A stretch of DNA of 64,000 bases from Dehalococcoidia bacterium (GTDB lineage Bacteria > Chloroflexota > Dehalococcoidia > Plut-88900). The translations under genes were made by a program, and so were the position numbers. Shown in pieces: positions 8,693 to 18,198 of the stretch (its first letter is position 1; every line of letters starts with the position of its first letter). Location: NCBI GenBank assembly GCA_965197585.1, contig OZ240215.1, forward strand, positions 2,048,001 to 2,112,000, given 5' to 3'. The notes beneath the pieces were generated by a model. The model was not told the origin of the DNA. It searched no databases and was given only the letters and a program-made list of their open reading frames with translations.

Positions 8693-8957
8693 ACCCGAAA
8701 CCGTATGGCCGCAGCCTGCAAAGATGCACCTCACTGAGAAAGACCTTGAGGAGATAGCCACCGGCCCGATGACATATGGGCAGATCAAAGAAAAGTATGG
8801 TGAAGAGGTAGCTATCGATGTGGGGATAGCTAGGGACCCAGACACCCGTGAATGGACCGACGAGGACTTCTCACGAGCCCAACCCGCCGAAAAGGCCCTA
8901 CCCCACGTTGTTGAACATTGGCGCCGAGCCCAAGCCAAGAAAGAAGCTATGGCTTAG
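8679..8957 (+). CDS. BrnA-like antitoxin apparently lacking the C-terminal RHH domain
   Basis: Overlaps brnT; IARDPDTREWTDEDFSRAQPA resembles the BrnA N-terminal region. Confidence 0.6.
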   Translation: MPKLKPETVWPQPAKMHLTEKDLEEIATGPMTYGQIKEKYGEEVAIDVGIARDPDTREWTDEDFSRAQPAEKALPHVVEHWRRAQAKKEAMA

Positions 8958-8996
8958 CCAGATCCTTAGGGATGATGATCGCTGCAGAGGTGATGT

Positions 8997-9083
8997 TGTG
9001 AGTGTAGCGCAGTGGCAGACGCTACACACTTAAAATCCGTTGGGAGTACTCCCGTAAGGGTTCGAGTCCCTTCCTCGGCACCA
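8997..9083 (+). pseudogene. Chimeric tRNA-Leu remnant (attR-like)
   Basis: 3' half matches tRNA-Leu(TAA); 5' acceptor and anticodon-stem strands do not pair. Confidence 0.7.
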
Positions 9084-9154
9084 AGGAATTTAAGGCTAAT
9101 GAAATCGCCAGATGGTATAACATAAGCCAATCTTTAGAGAAAGGAGGATACCTA

Positions 9155-9280
9155 ATGGCTGGCTCTAAAACGCTTGGGAAGAAGGGTGGAGGCGGAAGCA
9201 AGGGCGGTGGGAATCCAAACTACCCGAGTACAACGGGTAACCCGTCAGGTGGTGGCAGAGGCAACGAGCCCAAGGGATAA
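9155..9280 (+). CDS. 41-aa Gly-rich microprotein (not in ORF track)
   Basis: AAGGAGG RBS, TG-G-TATAAC extended -10, MAGSKTLGKKGGGGSKGGGNPNYPSTTGNPSGGGRGNEPKG, strong hairpin downstream. Confidence 0.7.
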   Translation: MAGSKTLGKKGGGGSKGGGNPNYPSTTGNPSGGGRGNEPKG

Positions 9281-9301
9281 ATAGGGGGCTCGTTTTTGAC
9301 C

Positions 9302-9339
9302 GAGGCCGGTCCCGACTGTGTCGGGACCGGCCTCATTTA
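9302..9339 (+). terminator. Perfect 15-bp hairpin, probable terminator
   Basis: GAGGCCGGTCCCGAC-TGT-GTCGGGACCGGCCTC followed by ATTTA. Confidence 0.65.
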
Positions 9340-9568
9340 CTATCTCTGCTTGGGGGGCAGGCCAGGCTTGCGAGTTTGAGGTGAACCGTGCGAGCCCTTA
9401 ACCAATACCCTAGCCATTACAGTACTCCAGCCAAACTTCTACACGGATAGATTAGAACTTATATTGATTCGTGCGGAAATAAATGGCACTGAGGAACTGG
9501 GCCGAATGTTGAAGAGACAAAACGACAATGGGGCCAATGAGCAAAACATTTACCGTTCTAGACTCTCC

Positions 9569-10510
9569 CTAATCCGGCCTCAGCACATTTATCGGATTCC
9601 CGTTCAGATAAGCTCGAATCGTGTCGGCGGCAATGTTGGTCATGTTAATTATGGCGGCGGGTGTGTCGTAGGCAATGTGGGGCGTGATGACTACGTTGTC
9701 GAAGTGGCGGAGGGGTTCGTCGGTGGCGGGTTCTTCGGCGTAGACGTCGGTGGCGAATCCTGCCAGCCGCCCCGACTCCAATGCCTTTAAAACCGCGTCC
9801 TGCTGCACAACCTGGCCCCGAGACACGTTGACCAGGTAGGCCCCATCCTTCATCAACCCAAGTTCCCGATCGCCGATAATTCCCATTGTGCCGTCGTTGA
9901 GCACCGGCGCGAGTTGGATGTAATCTGACCGAGACATCAGCTCGTCCAGGCCGACGAACTCGACGTTGTGGGCCTTGGCCCGCTCTTCCGATGGGTTCCT
10001 GGTAGTGCAAATTACATTCATCCCCAACCCGTTCCCGATGGCCGCCAGCTCCGACCCCAGCCCCCCGAGCCCCAGGATGCCCATGGTTGCGCTGCGGATG
10101 GGGGTACCGCTGAACCGTTCCCACTTGTTCTCCCTCATCGATTTGTCGGCTTTGACCACCTGCCGTGCGAGGGCCAGCATCAGGGCAATCCCGTGCTCTG
10201 CGACCGCCTCATCACCATAGTGCGGTGTGTTACACAGGGTGATCCCCTTGCTCCAGGCGTACTTCATGTCGATCTGGGTCTGCGGCCCGATGCCAAGGTA
10301 GCAGATCATCTTCAAGTCGGGCATGGCATCAAGCATTTCGTGGGTAAGGTTAATCCAGCTCCAGCAGATGGCCTCGGCGCCGTGGCAGCGCTCGACGAAA
10401 ACCTCGGGGGAAGGGAGGTCGTAAAAGTAGCTGGCGTCGGCCTCTCCGGCGAAAGGGTCACTTTCGAAAGGGATCATCCCTCCCAAGTCTGCGAAAACCA
10501 CCTTTTTCAT
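9569..10510 (-). CDS. D-isomer-specific 2-hydroxyacid dehydrogenase
   Basis: AVAEH, GILGLGGLG, LVNVSRG, DVYAEEP, ITPHIA. Confidence 0.9.
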   Translation of the reverse strand: MKKVVFADLGGMIPFESDPFAGEADASYFYDLPSPEVFVERCHGAEAICWSWINLTHEMLDAMPDLKMICYLGIGPQTQIDMKYAWSKGITLCNTPHYGDEAVAEHGIALMLALARQVVKADKSMRENKWERFSGTPIRSATMGILGLGGLGSELAAIGNGLGMNVICTTRNPSEERAKAHNVEFVGLDELMSRSDYIQLAPVLNDGTMGIIGDRELGLMKDGAYLVNVSRGQVVQQDAVLKALESGRLAGFATDVYAEEPATDEPLRHFDNVVITPHIAYDTPAAIINMTNIAADTIRAYLNGNPINVLRPD

Positions 10511-10615
10511 AATGCAATCCTCCGGGTGAATGACTAGGCTGATGGGTACCTCGCCCCGCCATTGTAATACAGCGGAGACCGGCAACAAGGCCGTATTCGG
10601 GGGCTACCTGGTGAC

Positions 10616-11686
10616 CTAGACCGTGCGTCGGCGTAGGGAGTATCCGCTCCGGGCCAGAAGCAAAATGCTTCCCAGCGCTATGACGCTGAGGTAATTTATC
10701 GAGCGGTCGAGCAGGGTGACCGAGAGGGCCTCTTCGGCGGAGAGGACAATGGCGAGTACGCTGGTCATCCCGGCCTCGACCAGGCCCAGGCCCCCGGGTG
10801 TTATCGGGAAAGTGGTGATTATGGATGCGCCAAGGGCTACAAATACGACTATCGAAATGTCTACGTCCAAACCTAGCGAATATATTACCAAGAGCAGCCG
10901 AGCCGTTTCGAAACCCCAAACGGCGATGCTGAGGACTGTAAGTCGGGGCCAACGCCGGAAGCTCTTAATAGTGCCTTCCCGGAAGCTGTCATATCCACCT
11001 CTGAATTTGGCGGGTAGGAATCGGGTAAGGCTCCGGCCGCTCACGACCATGGCAATGGGCACGCCTGCGAGTGCGAGGGTCAAAACCACGCCACCCAGCA
11101 GGATATAGGTGAGCACGGGGTTCCAATAGGAGCTGAGAAGAAATAATGCGGCGATGCCGAGCAGCCCGAGAGTTACAACCGTGTCCAAAATCCGTTCGGC
11201 GAAGAGGCTGCCGGCCACCAGGGCCAACCCTGCCTTCAATCTGCTCGTCAGCTGGTAGCACCTGTAAATGAGGCCCATCCTGAACACCGAAATAGAGTTC
11301 AGGAACCAGCCCAGGAACCCGATCTCCGAAAGTGTCAGAATCGAAATCTTGTCCTGGGCATTGATGTCCTCACATCCCGAATCTTCCAGAAGCACCCGCC
11401 ATCTAATGGATCTAACGGGGAAGCTGAGGTAGTAAATGGCGAAAGCAGCCCCGTACAACACCGGGTCAGTCCGCTTTATCTCCAACCACGTGCTCTCGAG
11501 GTCCAGATCGAACTGGAGTATCAGGAAATAAAGGACAGAGCCTGCAATAGCAATGGCAACTACATTGCGCACGCTGAGAAAACGCCTGCGCAGAGAGGAG
11601 AAGGTGAGTGCGGTCCGGCCGCCATCCTCTCGGGAGGTCTCGTCATCCCGTTTGGGAGAGTCGTCTATGTGTTCCGGTTCGTTCAT
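10616..11686 (-). CDS. Lysylphosphatidylglycerol synthase TM-domain / flippase-like protein (UPF0104)
   Basis: RSIRWRVLL, ERILD, PITPGGLGLVEAG, LLDRSI; multiple TM segments. Confidence 0.85.
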   Translation of the reverse strand: MNEPEHIDDSPKRDDETSREDGGRTALTFSSLRRRFLSVRNVVAIAIAGSVLYFLILQFDLDLESTWLEIKRTDPVLYGAAFAIYYLSFPVRSIRWRVLLEDSGCEDINAQDKISILTLSEIGFLGWFLNSISVFRMGLIYRCYQLTSRLKAGLALVAGSLFAERILDTVVTLGLLGIAALFLLSSYWNPVLTYILLGGVVLTLALAGVPIAMVVSGRSLTRFLPAKFRGGYDSFREGTIKSFRRWPRLTVLSIAVWGFETARLLLVIYSLGLDVDISIVVFVALGASIITTFPITPGGLGLVEAGMTSVLAIVLSAEEALSVTLLDRSINYLSVIALGSILLLARSGYSLRRRTV

Positions 11687-11687
11687 G

Positions 11688-12395
11688 TCACAGCGGACGC
11701 TTCGCGGGGATACCCGGCCTTCTGGGGTACCTGTCGGGGGTGGGGGCGGTCTTTTGGAACAAAAGGAGGCGGCGACCCTCGTCCAGGCCCTCCACACTCA
11801 CCGGGACCTCTTGTTGAAAGCTGCCACCCAGCTCTGAGAGGGCATGCCGGAAATCGCCGGGCTCATTCACGTAGGAAGCGATCTTCTGAGCCACGACTTT
11901 ACCGCCGACCCGACAGAAGGGCAGTGTAAACTCCAAAAGAGTAGGAAGCGGCGCGACGGCCCTGGAAACGACAAAATCAAAGGACTCTCTCAGGTCCTCG
12001 CGGCGGGCGAGTGTCTCGGCGCGGCCGGTGAGCACGGTTACGTCCTCCAAGCCCAGGTCCCGAGTCAGATGCTCCAGGAATCTTGTCTTCTTGCCGATCG
12101 AATCGAGGAGGAACAGAGAGAGCGAATCTCGGGCGAGTTTTAGAGGCATGCCCGGAAACCCGGCCCCGCTCCCCACATCCAGCAACCTCAATGGGCCCTC
12201 AGGCGGCAACATCCTGGCAACTGTGAGGGAGTCTACGAAATGCTTTAGCTGTATATCCTCTGCGCCGGTAATATTCGTCAGATTGGCCGTGAGGCTCCAG
12301 TCCCGGAGGCGCTCCAGATAAAGGCCGAATAGGTCGATCTGGGCTGTTGTCAGGTCGAGGCCCAAGGCACGGGCCCCTTGTATCAGTTTGTCCAT
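11688..12395 (-). CDS. rsmG: 16S rRNA m7G527 methyltransferase
   Basis: NLT, HFVDSL, DVGSGAGFPG, SRAVA, YPRRPGIPAKRPL. Confidence 0.95.
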   Translation of the reverse strand: MDKLIQGARALGLDLTTAQIDLFGLYLERLRDWSLTANLTNITGAEDIQLKHFVDSLTVARMLPPEGPLRLLDVGSGAGFPGMPLKLARDSLSLFLLDSIGKKTRFLEHLTRDLGLEDVTVLTGRAETLARREDLRESFDFVVSRAVAPLPTLLEFTLPFCRVGGKVVAQKIASYVNEPGDFRHALSELGGSFQQEVPVSVEGLDEGRRLLLFQKTAPTPDRYPRRPGIPAKRPL

Positions 12396-12615
12396 TTAGC
12401 CCCGAACCCGCAGTTTAGGAGCGCCGGTGCGGCCGGGATGTCCAGACCGATTATAGCACTGCGTACCTATGCATTGCCCGCCCTATTACTTAGATGCACC
12501 GGATTTGCGGAAGAACAGGAAAGTCTGTGGTAATTTGCATGATCGCAAGGCAGTATGCAGACCAGCGTGAGTATTGGTGCACTATGTACTACCATTGTGG
12601 AGGGAGATGAAAAGC

Positions 12616-13263
12616 ATGGCCACAAGGCGGGACCAACCTTATATCTGGGTGACATGGCTCACCAAGCTCTTGGTCGGGGAGAATTCCTGCGAGTGGGCTG
12701 CCTGGTTCAGGGCCCACTATACAAACTTCCGCCGCGCGCCCGACGACTTCGATAGTGCCGGTTGGCAGATGAACCACACCGCTCTCCTGAACGAGGTCCG
12801 CGACAGGCTCCAGACCGAGGGGCGCAATGTCTTCATTGAGAAGCAAAACCGTTTCGTTCTCAGGGGTACCAGTGCGACGCTCGGGGGAAAGCCGGATTTG
12901 ATTGCCCTCTCCGGGGACAAGGGCGTGATATACGACGTAAAGACCGGACAGCCTTCAGCCTCCGACCACGTGCAGGTGATGACCTACATGTACGCCGTGC
13001 CTCGGGCCCTGGGCCAGTACAGGAACATGGCTTTCGACGGCGTGGTGGCGTACCGTGACTACGAGGTGACCATTCCCGCTTCGGCTGTCAATGAGCAGTT
13101 TATCGATAGGCTGGCTACGCTAATACGAAGGATCAGCCGGGCCCAGCCCCTGGAAAAAACGCCCAGCGCCATGGAGTGCGGCTTCTGCCAGATATCAAAA
13201 GAGGAATGCCCGGAGCGGGTGGATAGTGAGCCGGACGAGGGGTTAGTCACGACTGACTTTTGA
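12616..13263 (+). CDS. PD-(D/E)XK nuclease, Cas4/AddB-like with putative 4-Cys Fe-S staple
   Basis: GKPD...DVKTG...QVMTY; one N-terminal Cys plus C-terminal CGFC-x6-C. Confidence 0.8.
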   Translation: MATRRDQPYIWVTWLTKLLVGENSCEWAAWFRAHYTNFRRAPDDFDSAGWQMNHTALLNEVRDRLQTEGRNVFIEKQNRFVLRGTSATLGGKPDLIALSGDKGVIYDVKTGQPSASDHVQVMTYMYAVPRALGQYRNMAFDGVVAYRDYEVTIPASAVNEQFIDRLATLIRRISRAQPLEKTPSAMECGFCQISKEECPERVDSEPDEGLVTTDF

Positions 13264-13275
13264 GATGGGTGGGAG

Positions 13276-13773
13276 CTACCCGCTGAGTTGCATCGCCGCC
13301 CACACCAGTCCCAGTATCACTTCGATTCCGAAGACTCCCGCCATCCAGTCCGCCCCATTCGACCGCTTGTTGGTCAGTGCCCTATTCTCGCCGATAGCCT
13401 TGCCGGCTTCCTCCAGGACTTCCCTTCTGAATTCCTCCGCCGGTGCAGAGAGCGATTCCTCGTCATAAAGCACACTGGGAAGGGTGTATTGAACAAACCC
13501 CATCCGACGGGTGTATATCAAGAACGCAACCGCGAATATGGCTACGGCCAGGGCGCATGACGCTAGGGTTAGGGACAGGGCCGAGGTTAATAGCGGTTCA
13601 TCTTGACTCAGAGCCATCACCGCAATGGGAAATGCCACAGTCACGATAACAATAAGGGCGATCAGCCTGTCTATCCTCTTCTCGACAGAGGAAAGTCTGC
13701 GCAAGGACCAGTCTAAGGCAGGCACAATCATCTCGTAGGCGAGTTCTAGAGTTTCCTTGTCGTTGTCCTTCAT
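13276..13773 (-). CDS. Hypothetical 3-TM membrane protein
   Basis: Two N-terminal TM helices, soluble linker, C-terminal TM. Confidence 0.65.
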   Translation of the reverse strand: MKDNDKETLELAYEMIVPALDWSLRRLSSVEKRIDRLIALIVIVTVAFPIAVMALSQDEPLLTSALSLTLASCALAVAIFAVAFLIYTRRMGFVQYTLPSVLYDEESLSAPAEEFRREVLEEAGKAIGENRALTNKRSNGADWMAGVFGIEVILGLVWAAMQLSG

Positions 13774-13894
13774 CGCCTTTCCCCAGATGATACACATAGG
13801 AATTTCCACCTGTAGAATACCATAGGCAGGAGTCGCAGGTATTCCGACTATCGCCACCCGGATATTCGCAGTTCCCTCGCGGCGGGGATTTCCC

Positions 13895-13923
13895 TTGACA
13901 GGTACGATGGGTGCTGGTAGACT
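13895..13923 (+). promoter_or_regulatory. Sigma70 promoter of the str/ribosomal superoperon
   Basis: TTGACA-17nt-TAGACT with TG extension, ~100 nt upstream of rpsL. Confidence 0.75.
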
Positions 13924-14021
13924 CGCCATTCGCGGCCACAGGACGTCGTTTGCCGTGTCAAAACAGCAAATTCATTACACGCGGGAACAGATACTTAAGC
14001 GTAGCCGTTGAGCAAACGAAC

Positions 14022-14435
14022 ATGCCGACAGTCAATCAATTAATAAGGAAGGGCAGGTCCAGGGTCACCAAGAAGACCAAGGCCCCGGCCCTCCGTGTTT
14101 CCTACAACACACTGAAGAATAAGCAGGTCCGAAACTCCAGCTCCCCGCAAAAGAGGGGAGTCTGTGTCCGGGTAAGGACCGTGACTCCCAAGAAGCCAAA
14201 CTCGGCGCTGCGAAAAGTGGCGAGGGTCAGGCTGACGAACGGAATGGAAGTCACGGCCTATATCCCCGGCGAAGGACACAACCTCCAGGAGCACTCGGTT
14301 GTGCTCATAGAGGGTGGGAGAGTAAAAGACCTGCCAGGCGTAAGATATCACGTGATAAGGGGGTCGCTGGACGCTTCCGGAGTAGCAAATCGGCAACAGG
14401 GCCGGAGCAAATACGGGACTAAAAGAAGCCGTTAA
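14022..14435 (+). CDS. rpsL: 30S ribosomal protein S12
   Basis: [36 protein letters not shown]. Confidence 0.98.
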   Translation: MPTVNQLIRKGRSRVTKKTKAPALRVSYNTLKNKQVRNSSSPQKRGVCVRVRTVTPKKPNSALRKVARVRLTNGMEVTAYIPGEGHNLQEHSVVLIEGGRVKDLPGVRYHVIRGSLDASGVANRQQGRSKYGTKRSR

Positions 14436-14607
14436 CCGGGCGACTAGCAGTCGGGGCCCCACCCAGTGTTGTGTCGCCGAGGCGCACAGCCTCGGTTGAC
14501 CCTCTTCGACCGGATAGACACCTGCTCAGTTAGAGACTGAGTTCCGAACAATATTCTTGACCGACGCTACACCTATGCCCTCAGAGACACAGAGATAGAG
14601 CGAGAAA

Positions 14608-15078
14608 ATGGCGAGACGGAGACGAGCCGAAAAAAGACGAGTGGATCCGGACCCCAAGTACCATAGCTTGATGCTGGCCCGGTTCATCAACAAGACCATG
14701 CATTCCGGCAAGAAGAGTACGGCGCAGCGCATCGTATACTCCGCGCTGGATATCATCGAAGACACCGAGAAAAAGAGCGGAATGGACGTGTTTGATCAGG
14801 CGATTCGAAACACTTCTCCCCTGCTGGAAGTGAAGCCCCGCCGGGTCGGTGGCGCCACCTACCAGGTGCCGCGAGAGGTCAGGTCCGACCGCAGCCTCAC
14901 CATGGCAATGCGCTGGCTTCTGACCGCCTCCCGGGCTAAGACGGGCCGGCCCATGGCCCGAAGACTGGCTGAGGAACTTATGGACGCCTCCAAGGGTCAA
15001 GGGGTGGCAGCCAAGCGGCGGGAAGACCTGCACCGCATGGCCGAGGCCAACCGGGCCTTCGTACATTACCGCTGGTAG
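14608..15078 (+). CDS. rpsG: 30S ribosomal protein S7
   Basis: [21 protein letters not shown]. Confidence 0.98.
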   Translation: MARRRRAEKRRVDPDPKYHSLMLARFINKTMHSGKKSTAQRIVYSALDIIEDTEKKSGMDVFDQAIRNTSPLLEVKPRRVGGATYQVPREVRSDRSLTMAMRWLLTASRAKTGRPMARRLAEELMDASKGQGVAAKRREDLHRMAEANRAFVHYRW

Positions 15079-15095
15079 AAATTAAAGATAAAGGC

Positions 15096-17219
15096 ATGTC
15101 GCAGACACAGACCATAAGACGAGGCGACCCCGAATCCACGCCCACTCCATCTTTGGAAATGGTCAGGAACATCGGGTTCATCGCTCATATAGACGCAGGA
15201 AAGACCACTGTAACTGAAAGGGTCCTCTTCTTCACGGGACGCATCTACAAGATGGGGGAGGTCCACGAAGGCACGGCGGTTATGGACTGGATGGACCAGG
15301 AGCGGGAGCGGGGCATAACCATCACGGCAGCCGCCACCACCGCTTATTGGAAAGACTATCTGGTCAATATTATCGACACCCCCGGCCACGTGGATTTCAC
15401 AGCCGAGGTGGAACGAAGCCTCCGGGTCCTGGACGGAGGCGTCGTCGTTTTTGACGGAGTTGCCGGCGTCGAGCCCCAGTCGGAAACGGTCTGGCGGCAG
15501 GCCAACAAGTACTCCGTGCCCCGGATCTGCTTCGTCAACAAGATGGACAGGGTCGGGGCTGATTTCTACCGCACAATCGACATGATTGTCGAGAGACTTG
15601 AAGGCAACCCCGTCCCGATCCAGCTGCCGATGGGCAGTGAAGACGCCTTCGAGGGTGTCGTAGACCTGGTGGAAAACACCGCTTACGTATATCCCCAGGA
15701 CGGGGAGGAAGGGCCCGTACGGGTCAATATCCCCGAGAAATACCATGAATTGGCCGCCCGCTATCGGGACTCGCTGATAGAGCGGGTAGCCGAGACCGAT
15801 GACGCGCTCATCGCCAAATATGTAGACGGCCGGGAGATTTCGGTCGAGGAGCTGAAGGCGGCCCTGCGCCAGGCCACTATTGACAACAAACTGGTGCCGG
15901 TAATGTGCGGCGCCGCCCTGAAGAACAAGGGCATCCAGCTGATGCTGGACGCCGTTTTGGAATATCTGCCTTCACCGCTGGACGTGCCCCCAGTCGAGGT
16001 TACCTCGGCGAAGACGGGGGAGAAGTCCCTGCGGGAAACCTCCACAAAAGCCCCCTTTGCCGCCCTGGCTTTCAAGGTAGTGACCGACCCCTATGTCGGG
16101 CGTTTGGTCTACTGCCGCATCTACTCCGGGACAGTGAAGAGCGGTTCCACGGTGTTCAACTCCAGCCGGTCCGGGCGGGAGCGGATAGGGCGTATATTGA
16201 AAATGCACGCCAACCACCGGGAAGAGGTCTCCGAGGCCACAGCCGGCGACATCGTCGCTGCTATCGGCCTCAAGAACACCTACACCGGTAACACGGTCTG
16301 CGACCTTCACGCCCCTATTCTCCTAGAGTCCATCACCTTCCCCGACCCTGTTATTTCCGTAGCCGTAGAGCCCCGGTCCAAGATGGACCAGGACCGCTTG
16401 AACGATGCATTGGTGAAGATGTCCGACGAAGACCCGACTCTCCAGATGAAGCATGACGACGAGACCGGCCAGACGGTAATCCAGGGGATGGGCGAGATGC
16501 ATCTCGAGGTGACCGTCGAGCGGATCAGGCGGGAGCAGAGTGTCGACGTCAGGATGGGCAAACCGCAAGTGGCCTACAGGGAGACCATTACGGTTCCCGG
16601 CAAGGGCGTCGGGCGGCTTGTTAAGCAGACCGGAGGCCACGGACAGTTCGCTCACGTTGTGGTCAATTTGGAGCCCCTGGAAGCAGGCCAGGGGTTCCAG
16701 TTCGTAAACCAGATCCGGGGCGGGGACATACCAACCGAGTACATCCCATCCGTGCAGAAGGGGGCCAAAGAGGCCATGACATCCGGTGTCTTGGCTGGTT
16801 ACCCCGTAGTGGACGTTAAGGTATCGCTAGTGGGTGGTAACTTCCACCCCGTCGACTCCTCAGACATGGCCTTCCAAGTGGCGGGGGCCATGGCCCTCAG
16901 GGATGGGATCCGAAGGTGCAAGCCCGCGATCCTTGAGCCGATTATGAAGCTGGAGCTCAACACCCCCGGTGATTTCCTCGGAGACATTCTGGGTGACATC
17001 AACGGGCGCCGGGGCAACATCAGCGGCATCGTCGGGGTGGGCGGCACTCAAACCGTACAGGCCCTCGTTCCCCTGTCGGAATGCTTCGGTTACGCTACTC
17101 ACATCCGCTCCCTGAGCCAGGGCCGAGCCATCCACTCCATGGAGTTCGCCCACTACGACAAGGCGCCGGAGAAGATAGCGGAGCAGGTCGCTACAAGGGG
17201 AAGGTACACCAGCCTCTAG
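15096..17219 (+). CDS. fusA: Elongation factor G
   Basis: [29 protein letters not shown]; exact start uncertain. Confidence 0.97.
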   Translation: MSQTQTIRRGDPESTPTPSLEMVRNIGFIAHIDAGKTTVTERVLFFTGRIYKMGEVHEGTAVMDWMDQERERGITITAAATTAYWKDYLVNIIDTPGHVDFTAEVERSLRVLDGGVVVFDGVAGVEPQSETVWRQANKYSVPRICFVNKMDRVGADFYRTIDMIVERLEGNPVPIQLPMGSEDAFEGVVDLVENTAYVYPQDGEEGPVRVNIPEKYHELAARYRDSLIERVAETDDALIAKYVDGREISVEELKAALRQATIDNKLVPVMCGAALKNKGIQLMLDAVLEYLPSPLDVPPVEVTSAKTGEKSLRETSTKAPFAALAFKVVTDPYVGRLVYCRIYSGTVKSGSTVFNSSRSGRERIGRILKMHANHREEVSEATAGDIVAAIGLKNTYTGNTVCDLHAPILLESITFPDPVISVAVEPRSKMDQDRLNDALVKMSDEDPTLQMKHDDETGQTVIQGMGEMHLEVTVERIRREQSVDVRMGKPQVAYRETITVPGKGVGRLVKQTGGHGQFAHVVVNLEPLEAGQGFQFVNQIRGGDIPTEYIPSVQKGAKEAMTSGVLAGYPVVDVKVSLVGGNFHPVDSSDMAFQVAGAMALRDGIRRCKPAILEPIMKLELNTPGDFLGDILGDINGRRGNISGIVGVGGTQTVQALVPLSECFGYATHIRSLSQGRAIHSMEFAHYDKAPEKIAEQVATRGRYTSL

Positions 17220-17235
17220 GCCGGCGGAGAACAAC

Positions 17236-17544
17236 ATGGCAAAGCAGAAGATGCGCATAAGGCTTAACGCCTACGACCATAAGATTCTCGACCAGTCGGC
17301 GGAGCAGATAGTCGACGCTGCTGAGAGGACGGGCGCGGGCGTCGTGGGGCCTATCCCCTTGCCTACCAAGATCAAGAAGTTCTGCGTTACCCGTTCCTCG
17401 AATACCTTCAAGGATTCTCGGGAGCAGTTCGAGATCCGCACACACAAGCGCATCATTGAGGTTCTTGACCCCACGAACAAAACGATCGACGCCCTGACCC
17501 TTCTGAACCTGCCTGGCGGCGTCGAAATCGAGATCAAACTCTAG
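17236..17544 (+). CDS. rpsJ: 30S ribosomal protein S10
   Basis: [19 protein letters not shown]. Confidence 0.98.
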   Translation: MAKQKMRIRLNAYDHKILDQSAEQIVDAAERTGAGVVGPIPLPTKIKKFCVTRSSNTFKDSREQFEIRTHKRIIEVLDPTNKTIDALTLLNLPGGVEIEIKL

Positions 17545-17562
17545 GCAGGTATTACTTATCTG

Positions 17563-18180
17563 ATGATTGATGGAATATTAGGAAAGAAGCTGGGCATGAC
17601 CCAGCGTTTTAGTGAAGACGGCACTTTGCATGCGGTGACGGTCATACAGGCCGGACCTTGCACGGTCGTTCAGGTGAAAACGTCCGAGAGGGACGGATAT
17701 CAGGCAGTCCAGATCGGATTTGACAAGGCGAAGCGACTCAACAAGCCGGAGCAGGGCCACATGAAGAGCCTCGGTGAGTTCCGACACCTTCGCGAAGTGA
17801 GAAGTAAAGACTCGTCCGGTTTAGAGGAAGGCGCCACGATAGACGTAAGCATCTTCGAAGCCGGCGAAAAGGTGGACGTGATCGGAAAGTCCAAGGGCAA
17901 GGGTTTCGCCGGAGTTGTGAAACGCTACCACTTTGGTGGCGGCCCCAAGACCCACGGCCAGTCAGACCGGCACCGGGCCCCTGGCTCGGTGGGCGCAGGC
18001 ACCACCCCGGGCCGCGTAACAAAAGGCTTCAAAATGGCCGGACACATGGGCAACGAAAGGGTGACTTCCCAGAACCTAACGGTGATGGAGGCAGATCCCG
18101 AGCGTAATCTTCTGTTGCTCAGAGGCGCCGTACCCGGGCCCCAGAACGGTCTGGTCCTGATAAAGAAGAGAACACGCTAG
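17563..18180 (+). CDS. rplC: 50S ribosomal protein L3
   Basis: [22 protein letters not shown]. Confidence 0.98.
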   Translation: MIDGILGKKLGMTQRFSEDGTLHAVTVIQAGPCTVVQVKTSERDGYQAVQIGFDKAKRLNKPEQGHMKSLGEFRHLREVRSKDSSGLEEGATIDVSIFEAGEKVDVIGKSKGKGFAGVVKRYHFGGGPKTHGQSDRHRAPGSVGAGTTPGRVTKGFKMAGHMGNERVTSQNLTVMEADPERNLLLLRGAVPGPQNGLVLIKKRTR

Positions 18181-18198
18181 ATAGAATCCCGCAAATAT

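Larger units (their letters stand above)
8339..9083. mobile_element. tRNA-Leu-anchored mini genomic islet (no integrase) bounded by 56-bp direct repeats
   Basis: 8339-8394 repeated at 9028-9083 with one mismatch; encloses a TA pair. Confidence 0.7.

Noticed and set aside
8997-9083. Second functional tRNA-Leu(TAA)
   Set aside because: Acceptor and anticodon stems cannot pair
12396-13900. CRISPR-Cas locus around the Cas4-like gene
   Set aside because: No repeat-spacer array or other cas genes visible
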